Assembly (NCBI GenBank): GCA_019419895.1
Contig: JAHZIE010000002.1
Coordinates: 27,787 to 91,786 of the forward strand
DNA: 64,000 nucleotides
Source of the DNA: Clostridiales bacterium
GTDB lineage: Bacteria; Bacillota; Clostridia; Oscillospirales; Acutalibacteraceae
Direction: 5' to 3'
The position numbers and the translations under genes were made by a program. The notes beneath the pieces were generated by a model that saw only the letters and a list, made by a program, of their open reading frames with translations, did not search any database and was not told the origin of the DNA. Positions 19,414 through 29,295 of the stretch are shown one piece after another; within the stretch, counting starts at the first letter, position 1, and each line of letters opens with the position of its first letter.

Positions 19414-19452
19414 AAAAGGAAGCTGATTGTCGCAGCTTCCTTTTCTTTTTTT
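19414..19452. terminator. Bidirectional rho-independent terminator
   Basis: AAAAGGAAGCTG / CAGCTTCCTTTT 12-bp stem with a 7-nt loop. An A-run lies upstream and a T-run downstream. Confidence 0.75.
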
Positions 19453-19501
19453 CAGCTCGAAACAGCGCGCCGCCCATTTAGCGCCGGGTTTGGCGTTCTG
19501 T

Positions 19502-20638
19502 TTATTTTTCCTGTTCAATTTCCCTGATAAGGCCGCGCATCCTGTCCCACTTTCCTTCCATATCAGCAACCAGCTTAAACTGTGTCCGGCAGCGGTCAAG
19601 ATTGTGGCCTTCCCGTTGAATTTTAAAATAGGTGTCCCCCTCAAGGTAATCGGTGAGAAAACGCATGCCGCATTCCAAAGTCATCAGCTTTGCGCCCATT
19701 GGCATCATTTCCACCTCCGTTGGGGTCAGGCTGTTGGAACAGCCTTTCAGATAGCCTCTGGTATAAGTTTCAAAAAGGTCGAGATCAAACCAGATTTTTG
19801 AAAGATCCGGTTCGTCTTCTTCCCCTGTGCTGGCCCCAAAACGGATGGAATCCCCGAAGTCGTTCAACACAGTGCCTGGCATCACTGTGTCAAGATCAAT
19901 GACACAGATGGCCCTGCGGCTTTTTTCATCAAACAGCACGTTGTTCAGCTTGGTATCGTTGTGGGTGACACGCAGGGGAATCTCCTTTTTATTCAACAGA
20001 GTGGTGATCGCTCCCATATCCTTCTCGCGCTTCCTGACAAATTCTATTTCCTCCCGCACTGAGGCGGCGCGGCCCAGAGGATCCCTTTTCACAGCATCGA
20101 GAAATGCCTGGTACCGCACAGGAGTATTATGAAAATTCTTGATCGTTTCATGAAGGTTTCCGGCGTCAAAGTCGGACAGAAGAAACTGAAAACGGCCAAA
20201 GGCCACGGCGCTTTGATAAAAATCCTCGGAACGCTCCACCTGGTCAAAGCTCACGGCGTTCTCAATAAAACGGTAACTGCGCCAATAAGAACCGATGGAA
20301 TCCCGATAGCAGTAATTCCCTCCCGGCATGGGAAGAAAGCTGAGGGTCTCCCGGGAGGGATCCCCGCCGCCGCGCTCAATTTTATCCTTTAAAAAGGTTG
20401 TGATACGCGTGACATTTTCCATAACCTGCATAGGATTTTTAAATATTTCATGATTGATTCGCTGGAGGACATACCGGCTGGTACTGCCGTCAGCCTGCCG
20501 GCAATATACAGAGAAGGTGTCGTTAATATGGCCGTTGCCAAATGCCTTGCAGGATAAAACAGTGCCTGGGAATCCAATTTCCCGGATGACATTATCCAGC
20601 TCTGCGCACGCATTTTCCTTCTTCATTAGGAAATACAC
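19502..20638 (-). CDS. N-acetylhexosamine 1-kinase-like phosphotransferase (APH/NahK family)
   Basis: GNGHINDTF...YVLQRINHEIFKNP...VMENV resembles the N-terminus of Bifidobacterium NahK (LnpB). HNDTKLNNVLFD and IDLDTV are the catalytic-loop motifs. The start codon is uncertain (GTG 20638 or ATG 20626). Confidence 0.72.
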   Translation of the reverse strand: MYFLMKKENACAELDNVIREIGFPGTVLSCKAFGNGHINDTFSVYCRQADGSTSRYVLQRINHEIFKNPMQVMENVTRITTFLKDKIERGGGDPSRETLSFLPMPGGNYCYRDSIGSYWRSYRFIENAVSFDQVERSEDFYQSAVAFGRFQFLLSDFDAGNLHETIKNFHNTPVRYQAFLDAVKRDPLGRAASVREEIEFVRKREKDMGAITTLLNKKEIPLRVTHNDTKLNNVLFDEKSRRAICVIDLDTVMPGTVLNDFGDSIRFGASTGEEDEPDLSKIWFDLDLFETYTRGYLKGCSNSLTPTEVEMMPMGAKLMTLECGMRFLTDYLEGDTYFKIQREGHNLDRCRTQFKLVADMEGKWDRMRGLIREIEQEK

Positions 20639-20850
20639 CGCCTTTTTACATATAAAAACTTCAATCCAGTTCAGAAAAGAAAATATAACAATATTAAATT
20701 ATACGTGATTTGACTGTTTTTCGCAACTGGTTTTCGGAAAATAGCGTAAAGGAAATTTACAGATGCCCAAAAGTGGAATTCAAAACAAAACCGCCTCCCT
20801 TCCGCCGGTGCCGGAAAAGAAAACGGTTTTTTGAGAAATGACGGATTCCT

Positions 20851-21903
20851 CTATTTGTCCCCATAAATAAACTTATGAAGGGCCTGGTTGTTGGCGTCCA
20901 AATCAGGAATCATGACGTCCATAGGGCCGTCGCGGCTGTTGATTCTCGCATATCTATAATAATTCGGCTGGGGCAGGGACATTTCTGAAATGGTATAATT
21001 CATAATGGCGGGGGAATCGCCGGCCAGAGAAAGCAGTTCGTTTTTCGTCAGATTGGTCTGAAAAAGGGGAAACGCCTCGTTTAAAAGACGGATCATCGTA
21101 GCGGGACTGGCAGTCTTAAACCGGTTGATCAGGGATTGGATAATATTCCTCTGCCGCTGCGTGCGTCCAAAATCGCTGTCGATTTTGCGGATCCTCCCGT
21201 AATTGAGGGCGTTTTCCCCATTAAAATGGTTTGGTCCGGCAGGGACAGAAATTCCCAGCGTGTTTTTAAAATAGTTTGCTTCCGCCTGAGTCAGGGTGAT
21301 ATCGACGCCGCCCAGCAGATCAATGATTTTACTGAAGGAGGAGAAATCCATCTTGATATAGCGGTCAATTTTAATTTTAAAATTGGCCTCAATGGTTTCA
21401 ATCAGAAGCTTGGGGCCGCCCCAGCTGTGGGCGGCGTTGACACGGTTGCTGCTCTTGCCGGGGATGGAAACATAGGTGTCTCTTAAAATAGAGGTCATCT
21501 TTAATGTATGCTCCTTCCGGTTGATGGAGAGGATCATATTGGTATCGGAGCGGCCGTATTTTTCCCCGGGACGGGGATCGGCGCCGATGATCAGGATATT
21601 TTGAACGTCGGCGGAAGAAATGACCGGGCCCTGTGAAGTGGAGGGATCAAAATGCTCCATTTCCTCGGCGCCTTCGGGCAAGGAACCCAGCTCCTCCGAT
21701 TCCGCGTGAATAGAACTGACCTCATCAAAGTCCTCCAGGGCCGTGTAGTTGATTTTTTCTAAAAGAGAATAGCCGTAACAAAAAACAGTACCGGCCAAAA
21801 GGCATAGAACGCTGACTGCGGAAACGGTGATATAGAGAGCCCTCTTTCCTTTTGGAAGGCGGGATTTTACACTTTTAGGAGAAGAATTTTTTTTAGTTGA
21901 CAT
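20851..21903 (-). CDS. LCP (LytR-CpsA-Psr) family cell-wall polymer ligase
   Basis: N-terminal TM helix, then ILIIGADPRPGEKYGRSDTNMILSIN and RDTYVSIPG motifs. Confidence 0.9.
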   Translation of the reverse strand: MSTKKNSSPKSVKSRLPKGKRALYITVSAVSVLCLLAGTVFCYGYSLLEKINYTALEDFDEVSSIHAESEELGSLPEGAEEMEHFDPSTSQGPVISSADVQNILIIGADPRPGEKYGRSDTNMILSINRKEHTLKMTSILRDTYVSIPGKSSNRVNAAHSWGGPKLLIETIEANFKIKIDRYIKMDFSSFSKIIDLLGGVDITLTQAEANYFKNTLGISVPAGPNHFNGENALNYGRIRKIDSDFGRTQRQRNIIQSLINRFKTASPATMIRLLNEAFPLFQTNLTKNELLSLAGDSPAIMNYTISEMSLPQPNYYRYARINSRDGPMDVMIPDLDANNQALHKFIYGDK

Positions 21904-22215
21904 CGTTCACCCTTCTTTTTGTTTACAGATGATAAAACTAGTATGCCGTAAGTGCCCAACAATAACCCCCGTCTGCCCGGGGACGGGATTCCAAATCCAT
22001 CCTGTTTCCCGATCCAAAGGGGATACCGCGAAAGCGAAAAGCCTGAGACATTTTTCCGAGTCCTGTTTTTCTCGCGGGAATGGATGGAAAAAGACAAGAT
22101 TTTTCATATTATAACATATTTTTTCCAGGGAAAAAAGTATTTCATTGAGAGTTTGGCAGAGAAAGGGGAATGAAGGGGAAGAAGCGGACAATTCCTTATA
22201 CGGCAATTGATTTTA

Positions 22216-22243
22216 TTGACTTTTTCTCCCGGCATGTTACAAT
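22216..22243 (+). promoter_or_regulatory. Candidate sigma-A promoter with extended -10 for the XRE-ImmA pair
   Basis: TTGACT (22216-22221), a 16-nt spacer ending in TGT, then TACAAT (22238-22243). Confidence 0.55.
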
Positions 22244-22266
22244 GAAAACAAGGAGGATTGGTTTTT

Positions 22267-22749
22267 ATGGGATTAGAAAATATCAATCGTTTGAGAAAAG
22301 CAATGGGAATGAGCATTGAAGAGCTTTCAAAAAGATCAGGACTTCCGAGGAGCACGGTTTCAAAGCTGACCGCGGGAATTTCCACCAATCCAAATCTGGA
22401 TACCATTAAGGCGTTGGCAAGGGCTCTCAACTGTAATTTAGCCGTTTTCGACGATGAGGAAGAAGAGGGCGTTAACATGCCCTTCAGCAGGGAGCTGAAG
22501 GAGCGGGAGGAGCAGACGGTGCTTCTGCGCTGCTATGAGAGGATCAACTTAGAGGGCAAAAAGAAGCTGGTGGATTACGCGGATGATCTGGTCGCCTCCG
22601 GGCATTATACACCTGGGGAGGAAAAGACGGAATATTATGCTGTGGCTCGAAACGGCGGCAAGGGAAACGGAGAGACGTCTGTCAGAAAAATTCACGGCAA
22701 GAAATTTGATCCCTCTAAGGTGGAAGGACTGAAGGGGGACAAATTTTAG
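22267..22749 (+). CDS. XRE-family helix-turn-helix transcriptional regulator
   Basis: LRKAMGMSIEELSKRSGLPRSTVSKLTAGISTNPNLDTIKALARAL is a Cro/C1-type HTH. AGGAGG lies 10 nt before ATG 22267. Confidence 0.85.
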   Translation: MGLENINRLRKAMGMSIEELSKRSGLPRSTVSKLTAGISTNPNLDTIKALARALNCNLAVFDDEEEEGVNMPFSRELKEREEQTVLLRCYERINLEGKKKLVDYADDLVASGHYTPGEEKTEYYAVARNGGKGNGETSVRKIHGKKFDPSKVEGLKGDKF

Positions 22750-23391
22750 ATGTTTTATTCCCAGAACTATTTTTTGGCGACCAAACAGGCGGGCAGGCTT
22801 TTGGGTCAGCTGGAGGAAAAGGCGTTCCCGTTGAATCCTATCGCCCTGTCTCAGAGTCTGGGAATTAAGGTCCTTACCTATCGGGATTTCTGCCATCTGG
22901 CGGGGGTGGAAATGAATACCGCCTTTGAAATTTCCCAGGATGGCTTTTCTTCCTGCCTGGAAGGGGAATTCTTTATTGTGTATAATCCGGATATTCGTTC
23001 CCAGGGCAGAAGGAGGTGGACCCTGCTTCATGAGCTGAGCCATATTGTATGCGGCCATATTGACGCCCAGGGCCCTGTTCTCCAGGATTATCAGAAACAG
23101 CGGCATAGGGAGGCCCAGGCCGATGAGCTGGCCTGCTGCCTGGTTGCGCCCCTTCCGCTGATCCTGCTGTGCGGATTGGAAAATTCGGAAGAAATTTCCG
23201 GGGCGTTTGGTATCTCAAGGCTGGCCGCGGATCATATTTTTTTAGATTATCAGCGGTATCTTGAAATGGACGAGCCGCCGGAGCTGGGATATGGAGCCCA
23301 TCTGTTTCCATATACCCCGTTTGCCCTGCGCGCCGCCCGGAAGGGGCGGCAAACGAGGAAGAGGAAAGCTGTCGATATTGATATTTTATAA
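22750..23391 (+). CDS. ImmA/IrrE family (COG2856, DUF955) zinc metallopeptidase
   Basis: HELSHIVCGH provides the HEXXH motif. The ATG immediately follows the XRE stop codon. Confidence 0.8.
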   Translation: MFYSQNYFLATKQAGRLLGQLEEKAFPLNPIALSQSLGIKVLTYRDFCHLAGVEMNTAFEISQDGFSSCLEGEFFIVYNPDIRSQGRRRWTLLHELSHIVCGHIDAQGPVLQDYQKQRHREAQADELACCLVAPLPLILLCGLENSEEISGAFGISRLAADHIFLDYQRYLEMDEPPELGYGAHLFPYTPFALRAARKGRQTRKRKAVDIDIL

Positions 23392-23415
23392 AATGTAGAA
23401 GGGAATATGTGAAGC

Positions 23416-24171
23416 ATGAAGCTGATTTCGTGGAATGTCAACGGCCTTAGGGCCTGCTTGGGAAAGGGCTTTCTTGATTTTTTTCATCAGGAAAAAGCGG
23501 ATATTTTCTGTATTCAGGAGACAAAAATGCAGGAGGGGCAGGCGGAGCTTTCCCTGGAGGGCTATTCCCAGTATTGGAACAGCGCTGTAAAAAAAGGATA
23601 TTCCGGCACCGCTGTTTTTTCCAGGATTGCGCCCCTGTCGGTTGTCTACGACATCGGCTGTGAGGAACACAGCGGCGAAGGGCGTGCCATCACCCTGGAG
23701 TTTGAGAATTTCTACCTTGTCAATGTTTATACCCCCAACTCCCAGCAGGAGCTTGCGCGGCTTGATTACCGGATGCTGTGGGAAGATGCCTTCCGGGAAT
23801 ATATTGGAAAGCTGGATCAGAAGAAACCGGTGGTCATCTGCGGAGACATGAATGTGGCGCATCAGGAAATTGACCTGAAAAATCCGAAAACCAACCGGCG
23901 GAACGCGGGATTTACCGATGAGGAGCGGAATAAGATGACAGAGCTCCTTCAGGCGGGCTTTGTGGATTCCTTCCGGTACCTTCATCCCGATGCCCAGGGG
24001 GCCTATTCCTGGTGGTCATACCGATTCCGCGCCCGGGAGAAAAACGCGGGATGGCGCATCGACTATTTTCTTGTTTCTCAAAGATGGGCGGATAGAATTA
24101 AATTGGCGGAGATTCACAGTGAAATCTTTGGCAGCGATCACTGTCCGGTCTCATTGGAGCTGGATGCGTGA
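23416..24171 (+). CDS. xth: Exodeoxyribonuclease III
   Basis: MKLISWNVNGLRA, QETK and SDHCPV motifs across a 251-aa ORF. Confidence 0.92.
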   Translation: MKLISWNVNGLRACLGKGFLDFFHQEKADIFCIQETKMQEGQAELSLEGYSQYWNSAVKKGYSGTAVFSRIAPLSVVYDIGCEEHSGEGRAITLEFENFYLVNVYTPNSQQELARLDYRMLWEDAFREYIGKLDQKKPVVICGDMNVAHQEIDLKNPKTNRRNAGFTDEERNKMTELLQAGFVDSFRYLHPDAQGAYSWWSYRFRAREKNAGWRIDYFLVSQRWADRIKLAEIHSEIFGSDHCPVSLELDA

Positions 24172-24212
24172 TCGGTATTTTCCTTTTGGAAAAAATAGTT
24201 AGTGAAAAAAGA

Positions 24213-24258
24213 CCTGGGAGATACCTGTTTTTTGTATTGGTTTCTCCCGGGCCTTTTT
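24213..24258 (+). terminator. Hairpin with T-run after xth
   Basis: CCTGGGAGA / TCTCCCGGG stem (one G-U pair) with a 21-nt loop, followed by CCTTTTTG. Confidence 0.55.
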
Positions 24259-25013
24259 GTATTGTTTCAGTGACGCTCTCCCCGGTTAAGCCCTGATGGC
24301 CCCCAATTGTCATATCCGCGCTTATAGGAAAATTACGCTGAGGCTTGCGGCGTCTAAAAGGGGGGCGGTCAAGAGGTTAGAAACATGAGAGCCTGCGTTA
24401 TCGTAGGAAAAGCCGCGAAAAAAATCTGTTTTTATTTTTTCCGGCTGGACATAATCCCTAAGCGGTCCAGAAAAAAGTGTTGCCTCCCCAGGAAAGAATG
24501 GAGGAGCAGGCGGCTTTTCCAAAAATGAATGAGAAAAAGACATAGAAGGGCCGGCCGTCAACTTAGGGGCAATTTATCGCTGGGGGATGCTGCCCATGAG
24601 TTTGCGGAAGGGCAGGAAAGGCGGGGCAATCAAAGGCCGCTGAACGGGTAATGAAAGCGGCGTTTTATGATGTGAAAAAATGGGAAACTTTTAAAATCCG
24701 GCGATTCAAGAGTAGAAATGGCCGGTTTTCCTGTCGGCGTGTTTTGTGGAAGAGACTCTTTCCGGTCCGGCATTTTCAGAATAGGAAAAAGCCTGAAAGA
24801 CAGAAAAAGCCGCTGGGATGGGAGGACCCTTGGCGAAAAAGAGGACTGCCCCTTAATACGGAAAAATAACAGGAAAAAACACCCCCTCAAGGGCAATGGA
24901 AAAAGCAATGCGGCTGGCGGAAGCTTTTTGTTGACCTCAAGGGGATGTTGTATCTGTTTTTACATTATAATGGCCTTACCCGGACTGACCGCTGGCCAAG
25001 ACGGGGGACAGAT

Positions 25014-25997
25014 TTACAGGAAACGCTTGCGAAGCTCGTCTCCCTCTTCAGGGCAGAGATAAGCGGGAGGGATATCGAAAACAGTTTTGCAGCCGGTCTG
25101 TCCCTGCTGTTCCATACGGTAGGCGGCACGGGCATACGCGACAATAACACTGGCGGTGAATTCCGGATTGGAATCCAGCTTCAGGCTGTATTCAATCACA
25201 TGGCTGTTTTCATCCTTCCAGCCGGTCTTTCCGGTGTGAATCACAAAACCGCCATGGGGAATGCCGCTGTGATCCCGCTTCAGCTCTTCCTCGCTGATAA
25301 AGTGGACCGTGGTGTCGTAATCAGCGAAATAATTGGGCATGGTCTTGATTTCCTTTTCGATCCGGTCGAGATCGGCGCCCTCCTCAGCGACAACAAAGCA
25401 TTCCCGGGTATGCTTCTCTCTGGTGGTTAATTCAGGATTCTTTCCACTGCGTACAGCGTCCAACGCGGCGGGAACCGGAATGGTATACTGCTTGGCGTCC
25501 TTGACACCGTCAATGCGCCGGATGGCGTCGGAATGGCCCTGGCTGACGCCCTTGCCCCAGAAGGTGTAGGTGCTTCCCTGGGGAAGAATCGCGTGGGAGT
25601 ACAAACGGTTTAAGGAGAAGAGTCCGGGATCCCAGCCTACGGAAATGACAGCCGTTTTCCCGTTTTTCAAAGCGGCCTCGTTGACTTTGGCGAAATGGGA
25701 GGGGATATTGGCGTGGGTGTCGAAACTGTCCACGACGTTAAACTTTCCGGCAAGTTCCGGGGTCTGCGCCGGAAGATCGGTGGCGCTCCCGCCGCAGAGG
25801 ATCATAACGTCAATTTGATCTGCCATTTTGCAGGCTTCCTCCGCGGAAAGAACCGGTACGCCCTGGGTCATAATGGAAAGGCTGTCGGGGGAACGGCGGG
25901 TGAACACAGCGGCCAGCTCCATATCTTCCGCATGGGCAAGCGCGGCCTCTACGCCGCGGCCCAGGTTGCCATAACCGAAAATACCAACTCGAATCAT
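25014..25997 (-). CDS. ddh: meso-diaminopimelate D-dehydrogenase
   Basis: MIRVGIFGYGNLGRGVE N-terminus and ~327 aa length. AAGGAG lies 8 nt before ATG 25997. Confidence 0.85.
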   Translation of the reverse strand: MIRVGIFGYGNLGRGVEAALAHAEDMELAAVFTRRSPDSLSIMTQGVPVLSAEEACKMADQIDVMILCGGSATDLPAQTPELAGKFNVVDSFDTHANIPSHFAKVNEAALKNGKTAVISVGWDPGLFSLNRLYSHAILPQGSTYTFWGKGVSQGHSDAIRRIDGVKDAKQYTIPVPAALDAVRSGKNPELTTREKHTRECFVVAEEGADLDRIEKEIKTMPNYFADYDTTVHFISEEELKRDHSGIPHGGFVIHTGKTGWKDENSHVIEYSLKLDSNPEFTASVIVAYARAAYRMEQQGQTGCKTVFDIPPAYLCPEEGDELRKRFL

Positions 25998-26073
25998 ACA
26001 GAACATCTCCTTATAAAATATCATTTCAATGAAAAACTGCCAGGCGAATCATAATTTCCCGGCAGCTTTCATT

Positions 26074-29000
26074 TTATTTATCAGAAATTTCCTTGTGGAA
26101 TTCCTGAAGGGATTTCACGCCCAAACTGCCGGCTCTTTTTACGGCGGAAATGCCTTCGACAGTAGATTTTGCCGCGGCCATGGTGGTAATATAGGGAACA
26201 CGGTTTTTAATGGCGGCCTTTCTAATGTAGCTGTCGTCGGCGGCGCTTTTTTTATCAATGGGGGTATTGATAATCAGATCAATTTTTTTGTTGGTAATAG
26301 CGTCAAGAATGTTGGGACGGCCCTCGTCAATTTTAGCGATTTTCTCACAGGGAATATTGGCCCTGATAATGGTGTCATAGGTTTTGTTGGTCGCCAGGAT
26401 ATGGAATCCGCAGTTATGAAATCCCTTGGCAACCTCCACCACCTCGGGCTTATCCCTGTCGCTGACGCTGATGAGAACGGTGCCCTCCATTGGAACTTTG
26501 GTCTGAGTGGCCTCCTGGGATTTGTAGAAGGCCTCGCCAAAATTGGAGGAAATGCCCAGCACCTCGCCGGTGGAACGCATTTCCGGTCCGAGAATCGGAT
26601 CGACCTCAGGGAACATATTGAAGGGGAAGACGGCTTCTTTTACGCCATAATGAGAGAATTTTTTCTCTTTCAGGGAAGGAACCGGGGACGGCCGCCCGGT
26701 CAGCTGGGAGGTCATAATATCGGTAGCCAGCTTGACCATTTTGATGTTGCACACCTTGGAAACCAGCGGGACGGTACGGGACGCGCGGGGATTGGCCTCC
26801 AGCACATAGACCTTTCCATCCTCGATGGCATACTGCATGTTCATCAAACCGACAACGTGAAGCTCCTTGGCGATTTTGCGGGTATAATCCTTGATAGTGG
26901 CAAGCTGCTCCTCCGTCAGGTTTTTCGACGGCAGGATGCACGCGGAGTCTCCGGAATGGATTCCGGCAAGCTCGATATGCTCCATAACGGCCGGGACAAA
27001 GACATTCTCCCCGTCGCTGATGGCGTCGGCCTCGCACTCGGTCGCGTGATGAAGGAAACGGTCGATCAGAATGGGACGATCCGGAGTGACGCCCACAGCG
27101 GCCTGCATGTAATAGGTCATGCCCTCGTCATCATGGACAACCTCCATGCCGCGCCCGCCCAGGACATAAGAGGGGCGCACCATAACCGGATAGCCGATTT
27201 CATTGGCTATCTTCAACGCTTCCTCTACATTGACGGCCATACCGGACTGGGGCATGGGAATGTCAAGCTTTTCCATCATTTCGCGGAACAGATCTCTATC
27301 CTCGGCCAAATCAATTGCCTCCGGGGTGGTGCCCAGGATATTCACGCCGGCTTTTTTTAGGGAAGCGGCCAGATTCAGCGGGGTCTGGCCGCCGAACTGG
27401 GCGATGACGCCCACCGGCTTTTCTTTTTCGTAGATGCTCAGAACGTCCTCCAAGGTCAGGGGTTCAAAATAAAGCTTATCGGAAGTGTCGTAGTCGGTGG
27501 AAACTGTCTCAGGATTGCAGTTGACAATAATTGTCTCAAAGCCAAGCTCCTTGAGAGCCATTGCCGCGTGGACGCAGCAGTAATCAAACTCAATGCCCTG
27601 ACCGATACGGTTGGGACCGCCGCCAAGAATCATAATCTTGGGCTTGCCGGTGGATACGGGGCTTTCATCCTTTATATGATAGCTGGAATAATAATAGCAG
27701 GAATTTTCCGTGGCACTGACGTGAATGCCCTCCCAGGCCTCCACAATGCCGGCGGCCTTTCTCGCGCCGCGGATGCTTTCCTCCGGAATCTTCAGCAGGC
27801 CGCTGAGATATCTGTCGGCAAATCCATCCTTTTTCGCGCGGGCCAGAACATCGGCCGGCGGCACAGAACCCTCATACCGCTTCAGGCTCTCCTCTTCCTC
27901 CACCAGCTCTTTCAACTGCTCAATGAAGTAACGCTTGATTTTTGTCAGTTCATACAGCTCCTCCACTGTCGCGCCCTTGCGCAGCGCTTCGTACATAATA
28001 AACTGACGTTCGCTGGTGGGGACATAGAGCATCTTCAAAAGCTCTTCCTTGGACTTGGAAGCAAAATCCTTTGCCCCGCCAAGGCCGTACCTTCCAATTT
28101 CCAGGCTGCGGATGGCCTTTTGGAAAGCCTCCTTGTAGGTTTTCCCAATGCTCATAACCTCGCCTACAGCCCGCATCTGTGTTCCCAGCTTGTCGACGGA
28201 GCCCTTGAATTTTTCAAAGGCCCAGCGTGCGAATTTAATGACGATATAATCGCCGCCCGGCTTGTACTGAGCCAGGGTTCCGCTTTTGCCGCAGGGGATT
28301 TCGTCCAGGGTCAGGCCGCAGGCGAGCATGGCGGAAACCAGGGCGATGGGGAAACCGGTCGCCTTGGAGGCAAGAGCGGAGGAGCGGGAGGTGCGGGGAT
28401 TGATTTCGATAACGACAATGCGCCCGGTCACAGGATCATGGGCGAACTGGACGTTAGTCCCGCCGATAACCTGGATGGCCTCGACAATTTTATACGCCTG
28501 CTCCTGAAGCTTTTTCTGCACATCCTCCGAAATAGTGAGCATGGGTGCGGAGCAGAAGGAGTCCCCGGTATGAACGCCCAGGGGATCGATGTTTTCAATG
28601 AAGCAGACGGTGATCATGTTGTTTTTGGAATCGCGGACAACCTCCAATTCCAGCTCTTCCCAGCCGACGATGGATTCCTCCACCAGAACCTGTCCCACCA
28701 GGCTCGCCTGGAGGCCGCGCTGACAGACGGTTTTCAGCTCGTCCACGTTGTAAACCAGGCCGCCGCCTACGCCGCCCATGGTATATGCGGGGCGGAGGAC
28801 AACCGGATATCCCAGCTTGTCCGCGATGGCAAGGGCGTCCTCAACGGAATAGGCCACCTCGCTGCGGGCCATTTCAATTCCCAGGGAATTCATGGTCTTT
28901 TTGAACTCAATGCGGTCTTCCCCGCGCTCAATGGCGTCAACCTGAACGCCGATCACCTTGACATTGTATTTATCCAAAACGCCGAGTTTAGAGAGTTCGG

Positions 29001-29295
29001 AGCAAAGGTTGAGGCCCGACTGTCCCCCCAGGTTGGGAAGCAAGGCATCGGGGCGCTCTTTTTCAATGATCTGGCTGAGCCGCTCGGCGTTCAGGGGCTC
29101 AATGTAGGTCACGTCGGCGGTTTCAGGGTCGGTCATAATGGTCGCGGGATTGGAATTGACCAAAACAATTTCGTAGCCGAGCTTTTTCAGCGCCTTGCAG
29201 GCCTGAGTGCCGGAATAGTCAAATTCGCAGGCCTGTCCAATGATAATTGGCCCGGAGCCGATTATCATTATCTTATGGATGTCTTGTCTTTTCAT
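26074..29295 (-). CDS. carB: Carbamoyl-phosphate synthase large subunit
   Basis: 1073 aa with duplicated ATP-grasp halves (IIGSGPIIIGQACEFDYSG and ILGGGPNRIGQGIEFDYCC) and a C-terminal MGS-like domain. Confidence 0.96.
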   Translation of the reverse strand: MKRQDIHKIMIIGSGPIIIGQACEFDYSGTQACKALKKLGYEIVLVNSNPATIMTDPETADVTYIEPLNAERLSQIIEKERPDALLPNLGGQSGLNLCSELSKLGVLDKYNVKVIGVQVDAIERGEDRIEFKKTMNSLGIEMARSEVAYSVEDALAIADKLGYPVVLRPAYTMGGVGGGLVYNVDELKTVCQRGLQASLVGQVLVEESIVGWEELELEVVRDSKNNMITVCFIENIDPLGVHTGDSFCSAPMLTISEDVQKKLQEQAYKIVEAIQVIGGTNVQFAHDPVTGRIVVIEINPRTSRSSALASKATGFPIALVSAMLACGLTLDEIPCGKSGTLAQYKPGGDYIVIKFARWAFEKFKGSVDKLGTQMRAVGEVMSIGKTYKEAFQKAIRSLEIGRYGLGGAKDFASKSKEELLKMLYVPTSERQFIMYEALRKGATVEELYELTKIKRYFIEQLKELVEEEESLKRYEGSVPPADVLARAKKDGFADRYLSGLLKIPEESIRGARKAAGIVEAWEGIHVSATENSCYYYSSYHIKDESPVSTGKPKIMILGGGPNRIGQGIEFDYCCVHAAMALKELGFETIIVNCNPETVSTDYDTSDKLYFEPLTLEDVLSIYEKEKPVGVIAQFGGQTPLNLAASLKKAGVNILGTTPEAIDLAEDRDLFREMMEKLDIPMPQSGMAVNVEEALKIANEIGYPVMVRPSYVLGGRGMEVVHDDEGMTYYMQAAVGVTPDRPILIDRFLHHATECEADAISDGENVFVPAVMEHIELAGIHSGDSACILPSKNLTEEQLATIKDYTRKIAKELHVVGLMNMQYAIEDGKVYVLEANPRASRTVPLVSKVCNIKMVKLATDIMTSQLTGRPSPVPSLKEKKFSHYGVKEAVFPFNMFPEVDPILGPEMRSTGEVLGISSNFGEAFYKSQEATQTKVPMEGTVLISVSDRDKPEVVEVAKGFHNCGFHILATNKTYDTIIRANIPCEKIAKIDEGRPNILDAITNKKIDLIINTPIDKKSAADDSYIRKAAIKNRVPYITTMAAAKSTVEGISAVKRAGSLGVKSLQEFHKEISDK

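Noticed and set aside
24941-24981. TTGACC ... TATAAT as a promoter near the 3-prime end of ddh
   Set aside because: The spacer between the hexamers is 29 nt, far from the 16-18 nt optimum, and no downstream gene is in the right orientation.
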